Origin: a bacterium
GTDB lineage: Bacteria > SAR324 > XYD2-FULL-50-16 > G965216635
Direction of reading: 5' to 3'
NCBI GenBank assembly: GCA_965216635.1
Contig: OZ244188.1
Coordinates: forward strand, 640,001 to 704,000
Length of the DNA stretch: 64,000 nt
This document shows, piece by piece, positions 49,578 through 60,400 of the stretch; positions within the stretch are counted from its first letter, which is position 1, and each line of letters opens with the position of its first letter. The notes under the pieces are model-generated. The model searched no databases, had not been told where the DNA came from, and was given only the letters and a program-made list of their open reading frames with translations. The position numbers were made by a program, and so were the translations under genes.

Positions 49578-50575
49578 TTGATTTTTTTGCTATGCCAACA
49601 AGCTGCAAACTGTTCTTTTTTTTTGCCTATTTTTCTCTCGCTATTTTTGTTTTCTAGAGGAGGATAACTTTCGCGGCATTTCTCATCACTGTAAGGGCAA
49701 AGAGGGTGAAAATAACAACCGCTCGGAAGCGACAAAAAATCGCCAACTTCTCCCACGAGGGGTTTTAATTTTTTTCTTTGTTTAGGAGAATTTTTTAAAA
49801 TAGAATTTATAAGCACTTGGGTATAAGGATGCTTTGGATTGGTAAAAATGGAATGGCTATCGCCCATTTCTACAATTTTACCGAGATAAAGCACTATCAA
49901 TTTTTGACTCATAAACCGAATAACATTAAGATCGTGAGAAACAAATAGATAGCTCATTTGTAACTCTTCTTGAATGGTTTTAAGCAGGTTTAAAATTTGT
50001 GCTTGAATGGATACATCCAAAGAAGATACTGGCTCATCTGCAATAATGATTTTAGGAGAGAGGGCAAGGGCACGAGCTATGCCTATTCTTTGTTTCTGTC
50101 CACCACTAAATTCGTGAGCGAATTTTTCCAAACTAGATTTTGCCAAACCAACATAATTGATGAGTTCCAAAACCCTTTTTTGGCGAAAAATTGCATCTCC
50201 TATTTTATGAATTACCAAAGGCTCGGTAATCAATTCTTGAACTGTAAATCTAGAATTTAAAGAACTGCTAGGGTCTTGAAAAATCATCTGCATTTTTTTT
50301 CTATAAGGTTTTAATTGAGAAAAACTCTTATGAGTGATTTCTTCATTTTCTAGCCAAATTTCACCCTCATCTGGTTTGATTAAATTCATCAACAAGCGAC
50401 AGATGGTAGATTTTCCAGAACCAGATTCTCCCACTAAACCTAACGTCTCTTTGCTCAAAAGCTGAAAATTTATACCCGAAGCTGCAGTTATCCAGCGGCT
50501 GGTTTTTGCTAAAATATTTTTTTTTAAGGAAAATTTTTTAGATAGGTTGTGTACGCGAAGAACTTCTTTTTGCAT
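49562..50575 (-). CDS. oligopeptide/dipeptide ABC ATPase (OppF/DppF-like)
   Basis: GESGSGKST, FSGGQKQRIG, DEPVSSLDVSIQAQ, HPYT. Confidence 0.92.
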   Translation of the reverse strand: MQKEVLRVHNLSKKFSLKKNILAKTSRWITAASGINFQLLSKETLGLVGESGSGKSTICRLLMNLIKPDEGEIWLENEEITHKSFSQLKPYRKKMQMIFQDPSSSLNSRFTVQELITEPLVIHKIGDAIFRQKRVLELINYVGLAKSSLEKFAHEFSGGQKQRIGIARALALSPKIIIADEPVSSLDVSIQAQILNLLKTIQEELQMSYLFVSHDLNVIRFMSQKLIVLYLGKIVEMGDSHSIFTNPKHPYTQVLINSILKNSPKQRKKLKPLVGEVGDFLSLPSGCYFHPLCPYSDEKCRESYPPLENKNSERKIGKKKEQFAACWHSKKIKRLLN

Positions 50576-50699
50576 ATTATGATTTTTGACAACTGGGTAA
50601 ATTATAACAAATTTAATGGTAAGATTCAATTTTCATACAACAACGCAAAGAAATCTTTTTTTAACGCAGCGTAGTCTCAACGTTAAATAAACAGAATGT

Positions 50700-51662
50700 C
50701 TAATTCTTAGGGTTATAACAAGCAAAACTATGCCCCTCTTGTTTTTTAGAAAAATGGGGATGATTTAGATTACAACGGGTTTCTTTTTGCAAGCATCTTG
50801 CAAAAAAAGGACAGCCTGTGATTTTATCGTTCAAAGCAGGCACAGTGCCAGCAATCGTAGGTAATCTTTTTTTGTGTTTTTCATAAAAAATAGAGCTTAA
50901 TAAGCCTTGGGTGTAAGGATGGACGGGGTCGTAAAAAACCTGTTCCACTGCTCCTTGCTCCACTATTCTTCCAGCATACATCACATAAACTATATCACAC
51001 ATCTGGGCAATAACCGCCATATCGTGAGTGATAAGGAGTAAGGACATTTGTTTTTCTTTTTGTAATTTTTCTAAAAGATAAAGAATTTGGGCTTGCACTG
51101 TTACATCTAAAGCGGTGGTTGGCTCGTCCGCTATTAAAAGATCTGGTTCAAAAGACAACGCCATAGCTATCATAATCCTTTGTCTCATTCCGCCAGAAAG
51201 TTGGTGTGGATAGGATTGCAAAATCCTGTCAGAATCTCCTAAACCTACTTGTTTGAGTAAATTTTTCACCTGTTTGAGAGCCATTTCTCTTTGGGATTTT
51301 TCCCACACTTCTAGTAACTGCTCTTTTATTTTTAAAACAGGGTTTAAACTGCTTAGAGGGTCTTGGAAAATCATGCTGATCTCTTTGCCTCTTAAAGGAG
51401 CAAATTTATCCATAGATAAATGACTGATTTCTCGTCCTTTAAAAAAAATTTTTCCTTGCTGAATACGGGCTTTTTTAGCTGGAAGTAACCTCAAAAGCGA
51501 AGCCGCAGTCACGCTTTTTCCACAACCAGATTCTCCAATGATTCCTACTACTTGCGAAGCTGCAATAGAAAAAGAAATTTCTTTTACCGCAGAAAACCAT
51601 TCTCCATTGATTTTAAATTGTGTAGTTAGTTCTTTTACTTCAAGTAGTTGTTTTTTTTTCAT
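50700..51662 (-). CDS. oligopeptide/dipeptide ABC ATPase (OppD/DppD-like)
   Basis: [34 protein letters not shown]. Confidence 0.92.
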   Translation of the reverse strand: MKKKQLLEVKELTTQFKINGEWFSAVKEISFSIAASQVVGIIGESGCGKSVTAASLLRLLPAKKARIQQGKIFFKGREISHLSMDKFAPLRGKEISMIFQDPLSSLNPVLKIKEQLLEVWEKSQREMALKQVKNLLKQVGLGDSDRILQSYPHQLSGGMRQRIMIAMALSFEPDLLIADEPTTALDVTVQAQILYLLEKLQKEKQMSLLLITHDMAVIAQMCDIVYVMYAGRIVEQGAVEQVFYDPVHPYTQGLLSSIFYEKHKKRLPTIAGTVPALNDKITGCPFFARCLQKETRCNLNHPHFSKKQEGHSFACYNPKN

Positions 51663-52485
51663 TATTTTTTAGTTGGTAAAATAGTTCCCACTCGTAATCA
51701 CCACACAGCTCTGCGATAGATTTTTTTTCTATAGTAGAGAAGTCTGCTATTTGTAGTTCAGCTTTAAAATTTTTGCTAAATTCTGCACTGATTTTTTCTA
51801 TTAAAAGAGTTATGGGTGGTATGTTTCCTAGCAATGTTTTAAACGATGCAATTCTTTTTTTAAAAGAATCTTGGCTTACTCGCCAAATATTTGCCCAAAG
51901 TTGCCAGTCAATATCTAGCAAAATAGCTCCGTGTTGTAGCATTCTATTTTTTTGTCTTTTTTGAGCGCTACCTACTAATTTTTTTTTGTCTATTTCTAAT
52001 TCGTAGCTAGAAATTTCTTTGAAGCAGTTTAGACTTTTTGTTGCTGTTTTGTTTTTTTTTTCCAATCTACAGTTTAATCCAAAGTGAGAAAAAGCTTTTT
52101 GTAAAATAGAGCTGATCTCTTGATAAGAATCTAAAATACTCAAAGGAAAATCAGGAGCTATAAAAGAGTAGGTTAGCTCGTGCTGGTGCAATACAGTTTT
52201 ACCTCCCGTTTTACGAATTACACCTTCTAAATCAAAATCTCGGATGGTTTGAAAATCAAGCTCTGCTAAAGAACATTTTCTCTGTTTTAAAGCATTGCCA
52301 AAAGAACTACCAAAAGAAAGAGTCGGTTTTTGCCATTGATAAAATCTTAATACAGGCACTTCACTCTGCTTCATTAAATATTCATCCGCTGCCATATTCC
52401 AAACAGCACTTGCAGAAGAAACAGGGATTACTCTTAAGCTGGGGAATTGGATTTTTTCTAAATTTTTTTGATGCAGCATTGACAA
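51640..52485 (-). CDS. lipoate-protein ligase/octanoyltransferase (LplA/LipM family)
   Basis: NMAADE, LRFYQW, RKTGGKTVLH, KLVGSAQ, LQHGAI. Confidence 0.9.
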   Translation of the reverse strand: MSMLHQKNLEKIQFPSLRVIPVSSASAVWNMAADEYLMKQSEVPVLRFYQWQKPTLSFGSSFGNALKQRKCSLAELDFQTIRDFDLEGVIRKTGGKTVLHQHELTYSFIAPDFPLSILDSYQEISSILQKAFSHFGLNCRLEKKNKTATKSLNCFKEISSYELEIDKKKLVGSAQKRQKNRMLQHGAILLDIDWQLWANIWRVSQDSFKKRIASFKTLLGNIPPITLLIEKISAEFSKNFKAELQIADFSTIEKKSIAELCGDYEWELFYQLKNNEKKTTT

Positions 52486-52623
52486 TGTTCGGTATTTAGC
52501 TCAATTTATAAGAATTCTTAGCAAAATTCAATTATAGAACAGAAAACTCTTTTTTATAAAATTTTTTTATGTTATCATTTTTGTTGTGATTTTTATTCAA
52601 TATTTATTCAATAATTTATTATT

Positions 52624-53163
52624 ATGGCAAAAACTATTATGGCAAATAAAACCGCAAAAAATGGTTCTAAAATAAAGCCTTATATTGTTCCTTGTATTTC
52701 CAATTATTTCATTAAAAATTTGAAATCAGTGGATAATTTAAAACTCAACAAGCTGGCGTATATTTCTTACGGGCTTGTGAAGGCTGGATTAGACAGAGAA
52801 TTGTTTCACGAGCCTATCCAAGCGTGGCATTTAGGTCCTGTTATTCCTTCTATCTATCACGAATTTAAAAGATTTGGTTATTCTGATATTGAAGGATACT
52901 CTTTTATCTACGATCCTGTCACAGATGAAAAGGCTATACCCAGGATAGACCCTGAGGATAAAGAAATTCTTGAAGTTTTAGAGTGGGTGAAAAATGTTTA
53001 TGGAAAGATGAGCATAAGGGAATTAATAGAGAGAACGCATAATGTAGATACCCCTTGGAGTAAATGCTATAAAGAAGGTATTTATAACATTGAAATTGAG
53101 CCAGAAGCAATCAGAAAATACTACGAAGATATAATAGAAAAAAACGGAAACAATGCCATCTAA
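52624..53163 (+). CDS. Panacea/SocA (DUF4065) antitoxin-domain protein
   Basis: LKLNKLAY, LFHEPIQAWHLGPVIPSIY, TH...TPW. Confidence 0.88.
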   Translation: MAKTIMANKTAKNGSKIKPYIVPCISNYFIKNLKSVDNLKLNKLAYISYGLVKAGLDRELFHEPIQAWHLGPVIPSIYHEFKRFGYSDIEGYSFIYDPVTDEKAIPRIDPEDKEILEVLEWVKNVYGKMSIRELIERTHNVDTPWSKCYKEGIYNIEIEPEAIRKYYEDIIEKNGNNAI

Positions 53164-53542
53164 ATTAAAAAATTTATTAAAATCAAAAGTTTTACAGGAA
53201 AACACAGAAATAAAAGCAAACGATCGATTCCGTTTAGATAAATTAGAATTAGAAGAAGCAAAGAAAAAAACAGCGGTAGCAAAAGAAAAATCTCAAAAGC
53301 ACGATTGGATAAATTTAAGAATAATTAGAAAAACCTTTACATACTCTATAGCCAGTTTTTTGGGTTTATTTATGTGTGCATTTTTTTATTATGCCTTGAT
53401 AACTGTATTTCCTACGATTCAAGATGTTGTTGGCACTAAAGAGAGTGGAAAATTAGCTATTCAAAAATTTATTATTATGGGTAACTATCTTATTGTTGGA
53501 GGAATTGTAGGGCAATTTATCAATAACGTTTTAAAATCTTAA
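53153..53542 (+). CDS. hypothetical 2-TM protein, candidate toxin partner
   Basis: Overlaps the Panacea gene by 11 bp; charged N-terminus then two hydrophobic helices. Confidence 0.55.
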   Translation: MPSKLKNLLKSKVLQENTEIKANDRFRLDKLELEEAKKKTAVAKEKSQKHDWINLRIIRKTFTYSIASFLGLFMCAFFYYALITVFPTIQDVVGTKESGKLAIQKFIIMGNYLIVGGIVGQFINNVLKS

Positions 53543-53565
53543 TATAAATCTGAAACAGAGTAATA

Positions 53566-53730
53566 TAGACCTTTGAATTTGCGTTATGCTTACCCCACAT
53601 TGGGGCTAGCCAAATGGTTAGAACAGGAGCGAATTTTTTTTTTAGCTCGCAGCAATACTGAAAAGCATTTCTTCACAAATGGCAAGAGTTAAAAAATTTT
53701 TTTAACGCTGCATAACCTATACAGAACACC
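53566..53730. mobile_element. MITE-like element, right end degenerate
   Basis: TAGACCTTTGAATTTGC plus family interior. Confidence 0.8.
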
Positions 53731-53752
53731 AAGCAAATATCTTCTTGTTAAA

Positions 53753-54886
53753 ATGTCACAACCCCGTAGAACTTTTCTTTATTGGATAGGAATGTCTTTT
53801 TTAGCACTACTTTTTCCTCGTTGTAGTAAGGCTCAAAACAGCGAACTGAAAAAATTGCCTTACCATCATTTACCTGATGGCTCTTTTCGTAATCTACCGG
53901 GTGCTCCAATAAGAAATCCAGAACCACCACCGGGAAAAAGTAATCCTTTTACTTTTTCTCGTGTGTTTAAAAGGCTATTTATCAGTAGTGAAGAAGTAGC
54001 AATCCCAAAAGGACACGCCCTCTCAGAAAAACAAGCTCTAGCTGGTTTTTATGCGGTTGATTATGATAAAAAAACAAATCCTATTAGCATCACTTGGTTA
54101 GGGCACGCTGCTTTTTTAATCCGTTTAGGCAAAACAACCATTTTAACGGATCCATTTTTGAGCGAAAAATCTGGTATAGGCTTTATAGGTGTTAAAAGAT
54201 TTCAATCAGCTGCCATTCGTCCTCAAAAATTACCAAAAATTGATATTCTTTTAATAAGCCATAGCCATTACGACCACTTGGATGGCATCAGCTTAAAAAA
54301 AATAAAAAATAAAGATAAAATTCAGGTGATTACACCTTTAAAACTAGGGAAAACCTTGAAAAGGAAAGGCTATAAAAATGTAATGGAGATGGACTGGTAT
54401 CAAACAAATCTCCTTCAAACAAGCTCCCTTCAAACAGATCAAGGAAAAATTAAACTTACCTGTCTACCAGCATCCCATTGGTCTCGCAGAATTGGACAAG
54501 AAAGAAACACAACTCTTTGGGCGGGTTACCTCTTAGAATACAAAAACCAAAAAATCTATTTTTCTGGAGATACAGCCTATGGCAAACCTATTTTTCAGCA
54601 TATCGCCCAAAGAATACCAACTCCAGATTTGGCTATTTTGCCTATAGGGGCTTACGAACCTCGCTGGTTTATGAGGGCATCTCATGCTAGTCCTGAAGAA
54701 GCGGTGCAAATAGGCTTGGATTTAAAAGCAAAAAATCTTTTGAGTATGCACTGGGGAGCTATTCGTCTTTCTACTGAAGATCTTTGGGAGCCTCCTAAAA
54801 GATTTAAAAAAGCGGGTTTGAAGGCGGGCTATAAAGCTGAGCAGATTTGGAATTTGGCTGTGGGAGAAACAAGAATTTTATCCTAA
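53753..54886 (+). CDS. MBL-fold metallo-hydrolase (RomA/NAPE-PLD-like), possible Tat signal
   Basis: PRRTFL, TWLGHA, SHSHYDHLD, GDTAY, PIGAYEP, MHWG. Confidence 0.9.
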   Translation: MSQPRRTFLYWIGMSFLALLFPRCSKAQNSELKKLPYHHLPDGSFRNLPGAPIRNPEPPPGKSNPFTFSRVFKRLFISSEEVAIPKGHALSEKQALAGFYAVDYDKKTNPISITWLGHAAFLIRLGKTTILTDPFLSEKSGIGFIGVKRFQSAAIRPQKLPKIDILLISHSHYDHLDGISLKKIKNKDKIQVITPLKLGKTLKRKGYKNVMEMDWYQTNLLQTSSLQTDQGKIKLTCLPASHWSRRIGQERNTTLWAGYLLEYKNQKIYFSGDTAYGKPIFQHIAQRIPTPDLAILPIGAYEPRWFMRASHASPEEAVQIGLDLKAKNLLSMHWGAIRLSTEDLWEPPKRFKKAGLKAGYKAEQIWNLAVGETRILS

Positions 54887-55110
54887 AAGAGCACTGCGTT
54901 GGCGTTCTGTTTAGTCTATGCTTTGTTAAAATTTTTTTTTAACTCTTGCTATTTGTGAAGAAATGCTCTCTTATTGGTAATATAGACTTTTGAATTTGCA
55001 TTCTGTTTAGCCAAAACAAGCTTATTGCTTTTACGCCAATACAGGCTTTAGCAAAAGAGCCGCTGGTATTACCATTTGGCTGGCCACCATAACGCCAATG
55101 CAGTGTTCTT
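54887..55110. mobile_element. MITE-like element with a distinct TIR type
   Basis: AAGAGCACTGCGTTGGCGTT / AACGCCAATGCAGTGTTCTT; perfect TSD CCTAA; internal TAGAC end at 54983. Confidence 0.88.
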
Positions 55111-55119
55111 CCTAAGTAA

Positions 55120-56433
55120 ATGATTTTACAAGCTAAAGATACAAAGATAGAAAAATTGGGAGTAGCAAAATACTCTACAAAAATTTTTTCAAAGGTTGTT
55201 CAAGAACAGGATTTTATTTTATGCGATCCTTTTTATCGTAAAAAACAACGTAATAAGTCAAGCCATAGCAAACTAAAAATTTTTTCTACTGATACAGAAC
55301 AACTCTCTTTTTTAAAAGCAGGGCAAAGAAAAAAAATTTATTTTGAATCGGGTAGGGTGGTAGCGGGTATTGTTACCTGCGGCGGTATTTGTCCCGGCAT
55401 CAATGTTGTTATTCGCTCTATCGTGATGACTTTGTATCGTATCTATAATTGTAAAAATGTGCTGGGTTTTCAATATGGATTAAAGGGCTTTGTTGATAAG
55501 AATTTTCCTCCTATTAGTCTCAAACCTCAAAAAATAGAATTTATTCATCAAGCAGGGGGAAGTATTTTGGGAACTTCTCGTGGAATCCAAAATTTCGCTG
55601 AAATAGTCAACTGTCTAGTGAAAAATAAAATTAACCAACTCTATATTATTGGAGGAGATGGAACTTTTCAAGCGGCTCTTGCTATTCAAAAAGAAATCAA
55701 GAAGAGAGACTTAAAAATAGCACTGATTGCTATTCCTAAAACAATAGATAACGATATTAGTTTTGTAGCTAAGACTTTCGGTTTTGATACAGCAGTAGAA
55801 GCTGCTGCGAATGCTATTCAATCTGCTAGTGTGGAATCCCGCTCTGTTTATAATGGTATAGGTTTAGTTAAGCTTATGGGTAGAAATTCTGGTTTTATCG
55901 CAGCCAATGCTAGCCTCGCCCAAAGAAATGTAGATTTTGTTTTGATACCAGAGCAACCTTTTGGGTTGCAAGGCAAAAAAGGTTTTTTGCAAGCCTTAAA
56001 ACAAAAACTTTTAAAAAACGGTTCTGTTTTAATTGTCGCAGCCGAAGGTGCTGGACAAGAACTGATGCATTCTCACGGCGAAACAGACGAATCGGGTAAC
56101 CCTAAACTAGCTGATATAGGAAAATATTTATCTCAAGAAATAGTTAAATTTTGCCAAGAACAAAAGATAGATTGTGATTTGAAGTATATTGATCCTAGCT
56201 ATATTATTCGTTCAGTTCCAGCGAATACACAGGATACAATTTTCTGCGGTAACTTAGGAAAAAACGCTGTTCACGCTGCTATGGCTGGTTTTACTTCTGC
56301 TGTCTCTTCTATTTGGCACGGAGTTTATTGCTATTTTCCACTAGTTTTGGCTCTTGAAAAAAAATACATAAATTTAAAAGGAAAAACATGGACAGATGTT
56401 TTGGAGTTGACTCGTCAGGATACTTTCATTTAA
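55120..56433 (+). CDS. pfkA: ATP-dependent 6-phosphofructokinase
   Basis: TCGGICPGIN, GGDGT, PKTIDND, LMGR, YIDPSYIIRS. Confidence 0.93.
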   Translation: MILQAKDTKIEKLGVAKYSTKIFSKVVQEQDFILCDPFYRKKQRNKSSHSKLKIFSTDTEQLSFLKAGQRKKIYFESGRVVAGIVTCGGICPGINVVIRSIVMTLYRIYNCKNVLGFQYGLKGFVDKNFPPISLKPQKIEFIHQAGGSILGTSRGIQNFAEIVNCLVKNKINQLYIIGGDGTFQAALAIQKEIKKRDLKIALIAIPKTIDNDISFVAKTFGFDTAVEAAANAIQSASVESRSVYNGIGLVKLMGRNSGFIAANASLAQRNVDFVLIPEQPFGLQGKKGFLQALKQKLLKNGSVLIVAAEGAGQELMHSHGETDESGNPKLADIGKYLSQEIVKFCQEQKIDCDLKYIDPSYIIRSVPANTQDTIFCGNLGKNAVHAAMAGFTSAVSSIWHGVYCYFPLVLALEKKYINLKGKTWTDVLELTRQDTFI

Positions 56434-56449
56434 TTTTGGGAATCACATG

Positions 56450-56503
56450 CAATTTTTTTTTAACGATTGCTTTAGCTAAACAGAACGCAAATTCAATAGT
56501 CTC
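56450..56503. mobile_element. MITE right-end fragment
   Basis: GCTAAACAGAACGCAAATTCAATAGTCTC. Confidence 0.7.
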
Positions 56504-56566
56504 TAGAGTATTATGAAGGAAATCTGCCAAAAAAATTTATTTGCTAGATTTTTTTAAAATCAAATA

Positions 56567-57082
56567 ATGAAAAAAAAAAATTCTTTGTTGTTATTTAGGG
56601 AGCGTATTGACTGCTTAGACACTCAGCTCTGGGCTACTATAGAAGAAAGACTTACAATTTGGAGTAATATTCATAGAGAAACAGATATTTCATACCGCGA
56701 AGAACTTTCTAAATTTTTTAAAAAAAATAAAAATCTCTTTAAAAGAGTAAATCAAGATTTTTTTTTAAAATTTTTAGTTACGATGGAAGTTTTTTGCAAA
56801 AAGGAGGGAACTGCCACTTCTTCTGAAAATGTAGACTATGGTTTAATTGTATCTAAAGATAAATTAATACTCAATATATTGGAAAAAAGATTTGAAGTGG
56901 CTTATAAGATAGGACTGTTAAAAAAAAAGAAAAAAACAGCAATCACAGACTCTGTTCGCTATCAACAAATTCTTGATTTAACTCAAAAAAAGATAAAAAT
57001 TTTAAAAATTCCTAGAAAAATGGTTGTTTCTCTGATGGGGTTGATTCACGATTACTCTGTAAAAATGCAAGAAAAAATATAA
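56567..57082 (+). CDS. chorismate mutase type II-like protein (two degenerate domains)
   Basis: FRERIDCLDTQL...R and DKLILNILEKRFEVAYKIG..K....ITDSVR. Confidence 0.6.
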   Translation: MKKKNSLLLFRERIDCLDTQLWATIEERLTIWSNIHRETDISYREELSKFFKKNKNLFKRVNQDFFLKFLVTMEVFCKKEGTATSSENVDYGLIVSKDKLILNILEKRFEVAYKIGLLKKKKKTAITDSVRYQQILDLTQKKIKILKIPRKMVVSLMGLIHDYSVKMQEKI

Positions 57083-57175
57083 GTTTTTAGCAAAGTTATT
57101 TCATTTGGAATCTAATTTTTTTTTTTTGTTGACAAAATTTTTTTTTTCAGTAAAAATATACTTTTATAGAGAGTA

Positions 57176-57315
57176 TAGACCTTTGAATTTGCGTTATGTG
57201 ACGGCTAGGCAAGGCGAAATTTTTTTTTAGCTCGCTGGAATACTGATGTATTTCAAGAGTTAAAAAAAATTTTCAACGATGCATAGGCTAAACAGAACGC
57301 AAATTCAAAAGTCTA
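57176..57315. mobile_element. MITE-like element, canonical 140-bp copy
   Basis: TAGAC...GTCTA; perfect TSD GAGTA. Confidence 0.92.
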
Positions 57316-57487
57316 GAGTATTTTTACCTAAAAGAATTGCCTCATTTTCTAAATATTCGTTATTGTTAGGTTTTTTATTAACCTGCCCTCTTTGAAGAAA
57401 TTCACACGAGAGTTGAGATTTTTTTAAAGGTGACGGGGTTTTTGTGTTTAAATACCTCAATATTTTAACTTTTTTCTTTTAACTAAA

Positions 57488-60400
57488 GTGATAACAGAAA
57501 TAACTAATACCTATCGCACAAGAGTAGATTTTGGTAAAATCAAAAGTATTTTAGCCCCTCCTCCTTTAGTGGATGTCCAAAAACAGGCCTACGAATCTTT
57601 TATACAGCGGAGTGTAGCTCCAAAAAATAGAAAAAAAAGGGGCCTAGAAGCCATTTTTCACAATGTTTTTCCCATTGAGGATTTCGATAAAAAGTTCCGT
57701 ATAGAATATATCTCTTATAAATTGGGAGAACCTAAATACGACCAAGAGGATTGTCGCGGCAGAGGAACTACTTACGCTGTCCCTATTTATGCTAAATTAA
57801 AATTGGTTATTTTTGAATCTAATTCTTTGCAATCAGAGGATAATAAGCAAAAAAAGATCAAAGATATTAAGGAACAAGAAATTTTTTTTGGAGATTTTCC
57901 TTTAATGACTCCTACAGGTTGTTTTATTGTCAATGGAACAGAAAGAGTAGTTGTCAACCAATTGCATAAGTCACCCGGTGTGTTCTTTTTAGAAGCTGCA
58001 AAAAAGCCAGGAGATGCGGGAATTCACAGAAATCTTTTTGTAGCCTCTATTATCCCCCAACGCGGTTCTTGGGTGGATTTTGAATTTGATTCCAAAGACA
58101 CCCTTTTAGTCCGAGTGGATCGCAAGAAAAAATTTTCGGCATCTGTTTTCTTAAAAGCATTAGGTTATACTACCGAACAGCTTTTGGAAAAATTTTATAC
58201 TGTAGAAACTTTTACAATCAACACAGATGATAAAAACCAAATTTCTTTTTATAAACAATTTAACGCAGATGCCTATGAAAATAAAAAACTAGAAGGAGAT
58301 TTAATTCAAGCACAGCCTAGAAAAATTTTAAAGAAAAAAGGTGAAAAACTAGGAGCAAAGACTATTCAAAACTACAAAGAAAATTCTAGCGGAAAGTATA
58401 TTGTCGTTTCAAAAGAAGAAATTTTGGGAAGAGTTTCAGCTTGTGATTTGCACGATAAAGAAGAAAATTTGATTTTGCGAGCTAGCCACCCCTTAACGGA
58501 GAACCAGCTAGAAAAACTATTAGAAGAAAAAATCAACAAAATCAAACTGCTAAAAACTACAGGAGACGATATAGATGCTTCCCTGTGTAATACTTTTGCA
58601 CTGGATGATATAGAAACACAAGATGAAGCTGTTGTAGAGGTCTATAAAAAACTAGAATCTGGTATCCCTTCTCTAGAAAAATCCCGAATTTTTGTAGAAA
58701 AGTTTCTTTTTTCAAAAGAAGTTTATGATTTGTCAGCAGTAGGTAGGATGCAGTTTAACCAAAAATTTGGTCTAAAAGATCCTTTGAGTAAAACAGTTTT
58801 AGATCACGATGATATTTTTAGAACTGTGAAAAAATTATTCAGTTTCAAAAAAGGTCGCTTAATGGGAGATGATATTGATGATCTTAACAATCGTAGAATT
58901 CGCAACGCTGGAGAGTTACTTTCTCAATGTTTTAACAAAGGGATGTTTAGAGTGGAAAAAAACATTAAAGAAAAACTGATTTTACTAGAAGATGACAATG
59001 TGACTTTACACGATTTAGTAAATTCTAAACTGGTTATTGCTACAGTTCATGATTTTTTTGCTACAAGCCAACTTTCTCAATTTATGGATCAAACCAATCC
59101 TCTCTCAGAAATAACCCATAAAAGAAGGTTAAGTGCTTTGGGTCCTGGTGGTTTAAGCCGTGAAAGAGCAGGTTTTGAGGTCAGAGATGTTCATCCTTCT
59201 CATTATGGAAAAATTTGTCCAATTGAAACCCCTGAAGGACCTAGTATTGGCTTGATGTCCAGTTTGACAAGTTACGCCAGACTCAATGAGTTCGGATTTA
59301 TTGAAACTCCTTATAGAAAAATTGTCAACCATCAGCTAACAAACGAAATTAGTTATATGTCGGCGATAGAAGATAAAAATTACTACATCGCCCAATCCAA
59401 CGCTTTATTAGATAAAAAAGAAAAATTTATTAAAGAAATTATAGTGCTTCGTAAAAATAGTGAATTTAAATCTTTACCAAGAGAATGGGCTCAATACATA
59501 GATTTATCTCCAAGACAACTTGTATCTATTGCTGCCTCTTTGATTCCTTTTTTAGAGCACGACGATGCCAATAGAGCTTTAATGGGCTCTAATATGCAAC
59601 GACAATCTGTGCCTTTGGCTATTGCTGAAGCTCCTTTTGTGGGAACTGGAATGGAGCATATGGTCGCTAAAGATTCTGGAGTTTGTGTGGTCGCAGAGAA
59701 AGATGGTATAGTAGATTCAGTAGATTCTCAGAAAATTGTAGTAGAAAGTAACGCAGAAGAAAACAACCCTTTTGGTGTTAAAATTTACAAATTAAAAAAA
59801 TATCATCGCTCTAATCAAAGCACCTGCATCAATCAAGTAAGTTTAGTTAAGCAAGGAGAAAAAATTAAAAAAGGGCAAATTATTGCTGATGGTCCCTGTT
59901 GCGAATCGGGTGAATTAGCACTTGGTAAAAATGTTTTTGTCGCCTTTATGCCTTGGAATGGTTATAACTACGAAGATTCTATAGTAGTTAGTGAAAAGCT
60001 TTTACATAGAGATACTTTTACTTCTATTCATATTGAAAAATTTGATGCTTTTGCTAGGGACACTAAAATAGGTAGAGAAAATATTACTAGAGATGTTCCC
60101 AATACAAGCGAGCATTCTTTACGTCATTTAGACGAATCTGGAATTGTCCGTATAGGTAGTTATGTAAAATCAGGAGATACTTTAGTTGGTAAAAGTACTC
60201 CTAAAATAGAATCGCAACTTAATCCAGAAGAAAAGCTGTTAAGAGCTGTTTTTGGAGATAAAGCTGGAGATATTAGAGATACTTCTTTAAGAGTCCCACA
60301 GGGTGTTTCCGGTATAGTAATAGATGTTAAATCTTTTATTAGAAGAGGAACAGAAAAAGATGTTCGTACGCTGGAAATTGAAGAATTACTTGTGAAAAAC

